Below are positions 27,432 through 35,080 of a DNA stretch of 64,000 nucleotides, in pieces. The DNA comes from Deltaproteobacteria bacterium. Lineage in GTDB: Bacteria; Desulfobacterota; Binatia; Binatales; Binataceae. Location: assembly GCA_019237115.1 (NCBI GenBank), contig JAFAHS010000411.1, forward strand, positions 2,855-66,854. Reading direction: 5' to 3'. The notes under the pieces were generated by a model. The model ran no database searches, was not told where the DNA came from, and saw only the letters and a program-made list of their open reading frames with translations. Made by a program: the position numbers and the translations under genes. How positions within the stretch are numbered: the first letter of the stretch is position 1; each line of letters begins with the position of its first letter.

Positions 27432-27785
27432 TTAAACCCCGCGCGCGAATTGCTCGACCTGGCGCACCTGGCTGGCGCGAATTACATATTGAACCGTCAC
27501 CAGCAGGGTTGAATCCTGAACTTCGGCGCGCACCGCCTCTGCCTGGATCAGATCGCCGAGCCACTGCTGCAAAGTCCCCTGCACCAGAAACTGCGTCGCG
27601 GCTGCCAGCTCGTCGCTCGACGGGGCGAACACCATCTGCAAAAGGCCGCTGCCCAGCGTCGGCCGGTTCACTCGTTCGCCGGGACTGGTGAACAACAATT
27701 GTTCAATCAGATCGTGCAGATGATCGTCGCCGACGATTGCGGTGCGACCGCGGCCGTCAATCTGAAACGGATAAGCGATATTCAT
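27432..27785 (-). CDS. GPW/gp25-like baseplate wedge protein
   Basis: 117 aa from 'MNIAYPFQIDGRGRTA...LIEQLLFTSPGERVNRPTLGSGL'. ATGA overlap with the PAAR-like gene. Confidence 0.8.
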   Translation of the reverse strand: MNIAYPFQIDGRGRTAIVGDDHLHDLIEQLLFTSPGERVNRPTLGSGLLQMVFAPSSDELAAATQFLVQGTLQQWLGDLIQAEAVRAEVQDSTLLVTVQYVIRASQVRQVEQFARGV

Positions 27786-28105
27786 GTTCCGAGAACCCGC
27801 GTTTGGGTTAGCGCGACCAGCAGCGGAGTGCCGGTGGGCGCGCACAGCGCCTTGCTGTCCTGCAGCAGCACGGGGAATCCATTGGCCAGAACCCTGGTCG
27901 CGGCGATCGAGAACACGCCCGTGACGCACGGCCCGTTACCCGCGGGCGGCGGCGGCAAGGCGCACGCCGCGACCTGGTAGGGAGCGGAGATCAACACCGC
28001 CGGCTGGCCGCCGACGAGGACCCGTGGGAAGGTTGCGGTGGGGGTCGCCATGCCGCCGTGCGCACACTTCACCATCGAGCTTACATTCAACAAGAACCCG
28101 GGCAT
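27782..28105 (-). CDS. PAAR-like spike-tip protein (DUF4280-type)
   Basis: 107 aa. 'VKCAHGG...VLVGGQP...TRVLANGFPVLL...ALCAPTG' is the PAAR-like pattern. It lies directly downstream of the spike gene. Confidence 0.65.
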   Translation of the reverse strand: MPGFLLNVSSMVKCAHGGMATPTATFPRVLVGGQPAVLISAPYQVAACALPPPPAGNGPCVTGVFSIAATRVLANGFPVLLQDSKALCAPTGTPLLVALTQTRVLGT

Positions 28106-28169
28106 CTGGTGCGGCCTCCTTTATGCTGGATGAGAGACGCGAGCGGCCCTCTCCGTGCCATGTGGCCAG

Positions 28170-28685
28170 CTACACGATCGTCAATGCGCCTTGGTTGATA
28201 TTCACGGCGGGACCGGTCATCACGATGCTCGCCCCTTTGCCGTTCTGGATGAAAATGCCGGTGTCGTTCACCAGGATGAAGGCGCCGGTTGCGCTCTTAA
28301 TCAGGATGCCGCCGGTCGGGCCGGGCACGTCGCTGATTACCAGGCCGTTCTGCAGCGGCGTCTGCATCACGATTCCCGGCACGCCGGGCGGAATCGTAAG
28401 CGAGAGCGCGGGAACTTCGACCGTCGAGCCCCAGAAGGTTCCGACCCAGATCGGGTAGTCGAGGTCGCCCTGCTCGAATTCGACCCAAACGCCGGCGCCG
28501 ATCATGGGAATGCTGAACACGCCGGTTTGCGGTCCGCCAACCGGCAGCGACGGCAGCGCCCAGGTCAGCAGCGGGGTGATTGCGGCATCAGGCACCAACA
28601 CCTGCAACCGGCCGCGCCGCTCCGGATCGACGTTATTGATTACCGAGCCGCGGAACTTGCCTAAAAATTTCTTGCATTCGATCAT
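28170..28685 (-). CDS. gpV/gp5-like OB-fold spike protein (Phage_base_V, VgrG C-module-like)
   Basis: 171 aa. 'FRGSVINNVDPERRGRLQVLVP...PSLPVGG...GVWVEFEQGDLDYPIWVGTFW'. Confidence 0.8.
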   Translation of the reverse strand: MIECKKFLGKFRGSVINNVDPERRGRLQVLVPDAAITPLLTWALPSLPVGGPQTGVFSIPMIGAGVWVEFEQGDLDYPIWVGTFWGSTVEVPALSLTIPPGVPGIVMQTPLQNGLVISDVPGPTGGILIKSATGAFILVNDTGIFIQNGKGASIVMTGPAVNINQGALTIV

Positions 28686-29812
28686 GCGGGCACCGTCGAT
28701 ACTGTTGAGATCAAACCGTTGCGCGTGAGCGTAAAATCCTGCGTGTACTCGCCGCGCTTCAGATGATGGGTGACGCTGTTGACGAAGTACAAACCATCGA
28801 AAGCGAGCCCCGCGCCGCGCACGCCGACCAGCCGGCGCGGCTTGAGCGTCTGCCCGTAGCGCAGCACGTCGAGACTGCCCTGCGCGCTGACCGCGTCAGC
28901 CTTCTGCGCGGCGATCGCAAGCCCTCGCAATGCGGCCTGCACCGGCGAAAGCTTCCCAGCGCCCTCCACGTGATCGACCTTCAGGGAGAGCGGAGGAATC
29001 AACCCCAGCGGCGGGTTGATCGGCGTAATTTCGGGGACCGGAATTGGAATCGGCAGCTTCGTGATCTCCTCCTGAATCACGAGAATCGGCAACGTCGCCT
29101 GTTGGCTGTTGAAACTGAAGCTCAGCGATTCGACGTTGGTGTGCGCGTCCATGTCGATATTCAGCGCCGGTTGCAGCGGACCGATTTTTACCGGCGGTCC
29201 CCAATAGGCGACGCTCGTGCCCGCAACCGGGCCCGGATAGACGTGGAAGACGTAGCCGGCTTCATCGGCAAGCTTCTTGAGGTAACAAAGATCAGTCCCC
29301 TGATGAATTGGCACGCGGTCCACCGGAATCGGCACGTCGATCAGCACGCTGGGAAACACGAGCGGAATCACTCCCAGGAACGCGTATTTGGCGAGGATCA
29401 ATAGAACCCGCGCCTCCGGCGGCATCGCCGGGTATTCGATTAGCCCCGTAAAGTCGATGTAATCCATCACGCGCGAGAGGTCTTCGCCTGTGATCGTGAG
29501 GACCGGGCCTTGCATGGCGCTGCCTCCGGTAACCTCGTGGTTCGTCATGACGCCGTCGATGAGAACGTCGGGCGTGCCGTTGAGCGTCACGACGATCAGC
29601 ACGCGCACGAGCGGAATCTGCGCGCCGCCCGCGACCAGAAAAAGCGTATGCAGCGGCGAGTTCTTGCTCAGGTTGAATTTCAACTGGAAGCCGCTCGCAT
29701 GCTCGGTGCGCGAAGTGACTTCGACGCTGATGAGCGCGTCCAGCACCTCCTTGGAGACCGGCAGCGGCTCAATCGGGCCGATCATCAGCGTAAGGTCGAT
29801 TCCCTTAAGCAT
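28682..29812 (-). CDS. gpD/gp27-like baseplate hub (late control D family)
   Basis: 376 aa from 'MLKGIDLTLMIGP'. C-terminal 'GLYFVNSVTHHLKRGEYTQDFTLTRNGL' is typical of gpD-like hubs. Confidence 0.7.
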   Translation of the reverse strand: MLKGIDLTLMIGPIEPLPVSKEVLDALISVEVTSRTEHASGFQLKFNLSKNSPLHTLFLVAGGAQIPLVRVLIVVTLNGTPDVLIDGVMTNHEVTGGSAMQGPVLTITGEDLSRVMDYIDFTGLIEYPAMPPEARVLLILAKYAFLGVIPLVFPSVLIDVPIPVDRVPIHQGTDLCYLKKLADEAGYVFHVYPGPVAGTSVAYWGPPVKIGPLQPALNIDMDAHTNVESLSFSFNSQQATLPILVIQEEITKLPIPIPVPEITPINPPLGLIPPLSLKVDHVEGAGKLSPVQAALRGLAIAAQKADAVSAQGSLDVLRYGQTLKPRRLVGVRGAGLAFDGLYFVNSVTHHLKRGEYTQDFTLTRNGLISTVSTVPA

Positions 29813-30167
29813 TCGGGGTTCCCGGCAGCCCTTGCGGCAGGGCAATCTTTAGCGTGAGCCCCGGCTGCTCCAGCTCCTCCGGCCGCATCGCGCCATTGGC
29901 GTCGCAGAGCCGCCAATAAAGCTCGGGGTCGCCGAGAAACTGCGCCGCCAGGTTGTCCAGCCGCTCGCCCTGCTTGACGCTATGCTCCTGGATTGGCGTG
30001 AGGCGGTCGGGCGCGGGGACAAAGCGCCGGCGCACGTAGACAATCGTCTGCCCGTCCGGCGCGAGAAAAGTCGCTGTATCGATGCCGTTGTACCGGCTGT
30101 TGGCGGGAAACAGGCTCGCCTTGAGCCCCGTAAATTGCAGCAGCGCCTGCAGGCTTGGCGTGCTCAT
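29805..30167 (-). CDS. LysM-like small protein (Afp7 C-module equivalent)
   Basis: 120 aa. 'HSVKQGERLDNLAAQFLGDPELYWRLCDANG...PG..LKIALP' is LysM/tail-X-like. Confidence 0.55.
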   Translation of the reverse strand: MSTPSLQALLQFTGLKASLFPANSRYNGIDTATFLAPDGQTIVYVRRRFVPAPDRLTPIQEHSVKQGERLDNLAAQFLGDPELYWRLCDANGAMRPEELEQPGLTLKIALPQGLPGTPNA

Positions 30168-30820
30168 CAGATGCTCTCCAAGCCCAGCGCGCCCAAGGTC
30201 CCCGCGCTGAGCCCGCTCAGGACTTCCTTCTGGATCATGTACGCCATGAAGATATTGCCGCCCTTATCGTTGAAGCCGAGATCGTTCACGTTCAGCACGC
30301 GCATCCCGAGGCTGACCCTGGCGCGAATCGGGTTGAGATTGGGGTCGAAGGCCTCCTCGGTGATGCTGAAGTCGCTGATCCGCACCGGAATTATCCGGCT
30401 TCGGCTCCAGACGAAGAGACTGAGCGGCGCCTCGACCGGCGCGATTTCGAGCACTCCGGACTGCGCGAGGCGGTTGGCGGCCAAGAGCTGACTGCTCGGC
30501 GGATAGACGACGGTCTCGAACGCGGCGAGCTGCGGATGAATTCCAAACTGGGTGACGAGCGGATTTTGATCGGGAAATTCAAGCTGATCGGCGGCGTCGA
30601 TCTCCGCCTCCAGTTTGAACGTTTCGATCGCCGGCCCGGTTAGCCGCAGCGCTTCGAGGCGGTTCTGCGTCTCGGCCCGGACCGTTTGGGCTTGCAGCGT
30701 GCGGGTCAGTGAATCGGGATTGTACTGGAGGATGATCACGCGCTGCACGACGCCGCTGTTGGCGTCGACCAGCACAAGCCCAGCTTTGAGGAGGCGGGGG
30801 GAATTAGGGAATGCGCTCAT
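30167..30820 (-). CDS. CIS tube-initiator-like protein (Afp7 N-module equivalent)
   Basis: 217 aa. 'LLKAGLVLVD...VIILQYNPDSLTRTL' and 'PLSLFVWSRSRIIPVRISDFSITEEAFDPNLNPIRARVSLGMRVL' are remembered from eCIS/T6SS-like tube-family proteins. Confidence 0.6.
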   Translation of the reverse strand: MSAFPNSPRLLKAGLVLVDANSGVVQRVIILQYNPDSLTRTLQAQTVRAETQNRLEALRLTGPAIETFKLEAEIDAADQLEFPDQNPLVTQFGIHPQLAAFETVVYPPSSQLLAANRLAQSGVLEIAPVEAPLSLFVWSRSRIIPVRISDFSITEEAFDPNLNPIRARVSLGMRVLNVNDLGFNDKGGNIFMAYMIQKEVLSGLSAGTLGALGLESI

Positions 30821-30892
30821 TTGATCGAACTACCTCCGAAGAAGATTCAGTTCGTGACCCTGCATGTTGTCTACCCGCTTCTCTGGAATCGC

Positions 30893-31417
30893 TTAGCGCT
30901 CTCTGGTGACCGACTGGAGCAAGGCCCAGTAATCAATAGCTCCCTTAATCCGGCTCGGTGGAGGATCTAGACCCTGGCTTTTCCAGTCGATCACCCGCCG
31001 CTCCTCCATAAGCTCCAGAAAGCATTTGATGGCATCCCGCTCCTCCGGACTGAATTGCGTTGCGCGAGCACGGAAAAAGTCAGCCCTCCATCCGGCTGAT
31101 CTTCGCGGCGGCGTCAGATTGAAGATAACGAAATCCCTGAGCACTTCGGCCTCTTCGCGGGAACCAAGGCACGCCATCATATAGGCGGGCAGGTAATGCC
31201 GGAACGCACTGGGAGTAAACAAGGGTAGCGCTTGCGAATGATCGCGCAACATCTCCCTGGACAAATCGGACCACCTCTGTGCTCTAAAAGCCCGCGCGAC
31301 TTCCGTGCACTCAGGATCGCCCTCGTGGCTACCAACGAGTTCGTCGTCGCTCGGCTTCGGGGTTTTCGCGAACGCATCTTTAATTTTCGCTGTGACCTCC
31401 TCTGCGCTCTGGGCCAT
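30893..31417 (-). CDS. putative immunity/cognate protein of the upstream effector
   Basis: 174 aa with no signal peptide. ATG is 1 nt after the effector TAA. GC is lower (34/60 and 33/60 in two lines I counted). 'F.PSAFRHYLPAYMMA' resembles small immunity-like DUF proteins. Confidence 0.45.
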   Translation of the reverse strand: MAQSAEEVTAKIKDAFAKTPKPSDDELVGSHEGDPECTEVARAFRAQRWSDLSREMLRDHSQALPLFTPSAFRHYLPAYMMACLGSREEAEVLRDFVIFNLTPPRRSAGWRADFFRARATQFSPEERDAIKCFLELMEERRVIDWKSQGLDPPPSRIKGAIDYWALLQSVTRER

Positions 31418-31418
31418 G

Positions 31419-33410
31419 TTAGGGCCCTCCGCACTTGGCCATCATTACCGCTTCGCACTCTCGCAGCCCGGCGTAAAGCTGAGCTATCTGCTGCATGTGC
31501 CCTTCGTATCCAGGATCGCCCTTTTGAAAACAGTTCTTCTGGAAGTTCACCCTGGCAGTGATGCAGGCGTTGTAGGCCGCCACTTTCGCCGTAGCGGTCG
31601 CACAAGTGTCGTTTTGTATCGAGCATCCGCGAACCCGATCGCACAGCTTCTTCATCGCGTCGTGGAGCCGGTCAACTTCCTCGTTAGTGCACCTGCGACT
31701 CTTCGGGGGCGCTGCTGGCTGCGGCGCTGGCGCCGGCTGGGGCGCAGGTTGCGGGGCGGGAGCCACTCTCTGACGACCGGCTACGGTTGATTCTTGGTCG
31801 AACCACCGGCGCAACGTTTCGAGATCCGTCTCGCCGAACGGAAACGTTGGTCGTAGGGTTTGCGGGGCGGAGGGTTCGTAGCCCGGCGCCGCGGGCTGAT
31901 GACAACTTCCGATACAAACGCCCAGCGGGTTCGGGAGAATGACGTAGCCTTGCTTGTGTAAGGCGATCTGGAAGTTGACATAGAAGAGAAGGTCGACAGT
32001 TGCCACCGTGATGTAGATTCCCAGCGCTACCGGAATGGCAATAGTAGCAGCGGGAGCAAGCGCTGGAGCCGCCTCGGCCGCGGGAGCGAGAGCCGGAGCG
32101 GCTTCAGCAGCGCCGCCCGCCTCGCCTAGCAACTCCGCGCTGCCCTCTATCCCTCGCTCGGCGAACCATCGGGTGCCGGCCCTCTCAAGTGCAGTCTTCG
32201 CTGCGCTTCCGGTAGCCGTTTGCGCTGTACTAGGCGCCAAAGCGCCCGCCAGCCCCACTGCCCCCACCCCTCCGAGCTGAAGCCGCGTGGTGTCGAGCCG
32301 CGATGAGCCGGATGGCGCCGCCTCGCTTGCCGGAGGTTCGCCCAGCCCGGCGTTCAACCGTCCCGTCCGGTAGGCGTTGTAGGCTTCCTGTTCCGTCAAG
32401 ACGTGGGAGCAGTCGCCCTCGCGGCATTTCCTCACTGCATTGGCAGCTTCTACCAGTCCCGCCCGACGGTACATCGATTCGACGCCGGGGGCAGACTTCT
32501 CATATGGGGCCGAGGGTGCCGGAGACACGTGTACGCCAGGCTCTCCACCGACAGCGGGGGGCGGTTGTTGGGCGGTCGACGCTGGCGGTGTGTTACGTTC
32601 CTGGTTGCGGCGCGTCACCTCCGCGTCCAGCGTATCCGAATTCTCTTGTAGTGCCGCGTAATCGGGCGAATCCGGCGTAAGCGATCCCAGCTTCTCTCGC
32701 ACCTTGTTGACCAGCGACGCAAGGTCTTGCTCGCTGAGGCCGCGCACTTCGTCCGGAGTCAGTTGAGCCGTAAATGGGTCCAGGTTCGTCTTTCGCTGAA
32801 TGACCGCGGAAGTTCTAAGGTGCGTCGCGCTGGAACCGGCTGAACCTAGCCCCTGTTCGGCTTTGTTCGCCTCTACCTCGAAGAGGTCACTAGGAGGTCC
32901 GATTACAAGGTCGCCTCGGCTAAACGCGCCTGACGTAACACCGCCGCTGGCGCCGGTTTGTTGAGTAACGTGCGAGAGTTCGTGTGCGAGCAGCTTCCGA
33001 CCTCCCATCGTCGCCGGCGCGTATTGCCCCGCTCCGAACACCACGTCCCGCCCGACCGTGTACGCGACCGCACTCACCGCGCGCGCCGATTCCGCGGCCT
33101 GATCGTCCGCGTGGATCCGAACTTTGCTGAAGTCGTGGCCGAAGCGCGGCTCGAAGAAGGCCCGCGTTGCCTTATCCAGGGGTCGTCCCGGCGACCGCAG
33201 CACGTTGTGTACGATCGGCGGCGCTAGCGACGGCGCGGCGCCGCCGCCGTTCCCCCGGCGCTGCAAGCCCATCGCGTTCTGCTTGCACTCGTCGCATTCG
33301 CCCTCGGCCTTCATCGATCCGCCGCAGGCGCATTTGCGCTGCAAGATTCCGAAGAGCGTTCCGGACTGGGTCGGGGCCGCTTTCGGGGCGGGCTGCCGTT
33401 CGGTGTTCAT
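31419..33410 (-). CDS. DUF4157-headed eCIS effector candidate 2 (hydrophobic segment plus Cys-rich C-terminal domain)
   Basis: 663 aa. 'LQRKCACGG..C.EC', 'VLRSPGRPLDKATRAFFEPRFGHDFSKVRIHAD...LLAHELSHVTQQ'. Hydrophobic 'IAIPVALGIYITVATVDLLFYVNFQIAL'. C-terminal 'CTNEEVDRLHDAMKKLCD..RGCS..DTC......YNAC...VNFQKNCF..GDPGYEGH'. Confidence 0.7.
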   Translation of the reverse strand: MNTERQPAPKAAPTQSGTLFGILQRKCACGGSMKAEGECDECKQNAMGLQRRGNGGGAAPSLAPPIVHNVLRSPGRPLDKATRAFFEPRFGHDFSKVRIHADDQAAESARAVSAVAYTVGRDVVFGAGQYAPATMGGRKLLAHELSHVTQQTGASGGVTSGAFSRGDLVIGPPSDLFEVEANKAEQGLGSAGSSATHLRTSAVIQRKTNLDPFTAQLTPDEVRGLSEQDLASLVNKVREKLGSLTPDSPDYAALQENSDTLDAEVTRRNQERNTPPASTAQQPPPAVGGEPGVHVSPAPSAPYEKSAPGVESMYRRAGLVEAANAVRKCREGDCSHVLTEQEAYNAYRTGRLNAGLGEPPASEAAPSGSSRLDTTRLQLGGVGAVGLAGALAPSTAQTATGSAAKTALERAGTRWFAERGIEGSAELLGEAGGAAEAAPALAPAAEAAPALAPAATIAIPVALGIYITVATVDLLFYVNFQIALHKQGYVILPNPLGVCIGSCHQPAAPGYEPSAPQTLRPTFPFGETDLETLRRWFDQESTVAGRQRVAPAPQPAPQPAPAPQPAAPPKSRRCTNEEVDRLHDAMKKLCDRVRGCSIQNDTCATATAKVAAYNACITARVNFQKNCFQKGDPGYEGHMQQIAQLYAGLRECEAVMMAKCGGP

Positions 33411-34780
33411 CAGGGGTTTCCCCGCGGAATAAACAGCGTCGCTCGTACCTGCCGATCGCGTTCGTCGATGGTTTTCGAGGCGGTGGTGTCGCCGCAGTTG
33501 TGGATGCCGTCTTCCAGCTTGGCGCAGGCTGCCGGTATCAGCAGAGGATCGGCCAGGCGGTCGGCGGAGATACCTGCTTCCGCCAGGGCGTGCGCGACCG
33601 ATCGCACTCGGTACTCGCCTAACTCGCGATTGTGCGCCGCCGGTCCCTCGATCGAAGCCTTGCCCGTGAGTTGCACCTTGAACTGAGGCCCGTTTTTCAG
33701 CCAGGTTACAACGCCGTCAAGAGTCACGCTGCCCGGCGCGGTGAGACTGTCGCGCAACGCCTTCTGATCGCTCACGACGGAGCCCGGCCGATCGAGCTTG
33801 AAGTAGATATCCATGCTGACCGTGAGCGGCGGCGTCGGCGCAAGGTTTCGCTCCGGAGGAGGAAGATCCGAACGACTCGGATTCCCGCCGTCCTTGGTCC
33901 CGGTCCCCGGCAAGCCGGGAAGCGTCGGAGTGAGGAGGTCGAATTTCACGCAGTCCGCGCCCTTGGCGTACCGGTCGGTCGGGCAACAGCGGCCGAGGAT
34001 CGTCAGGCGGTAGGGCGGGCAGCAGCGGTCGACCGACGAACCCTCGCAACACATCCCGTCCACCCGTTTGCGCCACCCGGGCGCGCAGTCCACGTTTCCG
34101 GCGCCGCCTTGTCCCGAGCCCTTTAAGGCTCCGAGACCCTTGTTGATATCTTCGAGTGATGGCGCATCGATCGGTCCCGGAATAATCGGCTTGATATCCA
34201 GACGGTCCAACGGAGACGGTAGCGGGATCAGGGGCGGTGGTTCCTTCTTGGTCTGATCATCGCTCTGAGGCTGGCGGCGCAGGCGCGGCGGTTCCTGGAT
34301 GGCCGGCGTTTGCGGCACGCCCCCGCGTCCCATCCGTGCCGCCTCGCGCTCGGCGGCATCGCCGGGCGCACCCAATTGGATCTGCTCAGGGATTCCTTGT
34401 GAGCCGCTCCCGGTTTGCTGCATCACGTGCGCAAGTTCGTGCGCCAGCGAATCCAGACCTGCCGCGCTTCGTGGCTCGTATTCGCCGCGATTAAAGACGA
34501 CCTCATTCCCCACCGCATAAGCCTTCGCGTTCACCGCCTGCGCCGATTCCGCCGCGCGCGCGTCGGTATGCACCCGCACGCGGCTGAAGTCGTAGCCAAA
34601 GCGCTTCTCCATCAAGGCGCGCGCCGCCATATCCAGCGGCCGGCCCGGCGAATGCAGGACTTCGCGCACGATCGGCGGAACTCCGCTCATGCCATTCCGC
34701 CTAGCGCCGAAACGCGCGGCGGCGGCATGATTCCGCATAGGCGCCGACGACTTCGCCGCGATCTGCCGCTCTCCCATCAT
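33410..34780 (-). CDS. DUF4157-headed eCIS effector candidate 1 (Cys-rich middle plus OmpA-like C-terminus)
   Basis: 456 aa. 'VLHSPGRPLDMAARALMEKRFGYDFSRVRVHTD...LAHELAHVMQQ'. Middle 'CAPGWRKRVDGMCCEGSSVDRCCPPYRLTILGRCCP'. C-terminal 'QLTGKASIEGPAAHNRELGEYRVRSVAHALAEAGISADRL'. Confidence 0.7.
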   Translation of the reverse strand: MMGERQIAAKSSAPMRNHAAAARFGARRNGMSGVPPIVREVLHSPGRPLDMAARALMEKRFGYDFSRVRVHTDARAAESAQAVNAKAYAVGNEVVFNRGEYEPRSAAGLDSLAHELAHVMQQTGSGSQGIPEQIQLGAPGDAAEREAARMGRGGVPQTPAIQEPPRLRRQPQSDDQTKKEPPPLIPLPSPLDRLDIKPIIPGPIDAPSLEDINKGLGALKGSGQGGAGNVDCAPGWRKRVDGMCCEGSSVDRCCPPYRLTILGRCCPTDRYAKGADCVKFDLLTPTLPGLPGTGTKDGGNPSRSDLPPPERNLAPTPPLTVSMDIYFKLDRPGSVVSDQKALRDSLTAPGSVTLDGVVTWLKNGPQFKVQLTGKASIEGPAAHNRELGEYRVRSVAHALAEAGISADRLADPLLIPAACAKLEDGIHNCGDTTASKTIDERDRQVRATLFIPRGNP

Positions 34781-35073
34781 CGCTTGCCGTGTCCTCCCGT
34801 CAGTCCGCGATGCACCGATTGGGCGACTTGAATGCCGATCGCCTGGGCATTCGCGCCCTGTGCGATCCGGAGCGATCCGCTGTCCACCGCGGGCTTGCCT
34901 CCCGGCGCCTGCCTCAGCCGGCCCAGGCCGCGCTCGGCGATCAGCCGCGTCAACTCACGTCTGATCCCTTCGGCGATCCGGAAACGATCGCCGGGAGGGA
35001 ATCCCTCGAGCGCCAGTTCGTCGATCCGGACCCTGACCTTCCCCGCCTGCGTTTTGTCGATGGTCGTGCGCAT
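34777..35073 (-). CDS. small conserved hypothetical protein (possible effector adaptor)
   Basis: 98 aa. ATGA-coupled to effector 1 and 8 nt downstream of the ATPase gene. No family recognised. Confidence 0.45.
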   Translation of the reverse strand: MRTTIDKTQAGKVRVRIDELALEGFPPGDRFRIAEGIRRELTRLIAERGLGRLRQAPGGKPAVDSGSLRIAQGANAQAIGIQVAQSVHRGLTGGHGKR

Positions 35074-35080
35074 GGCGGGT

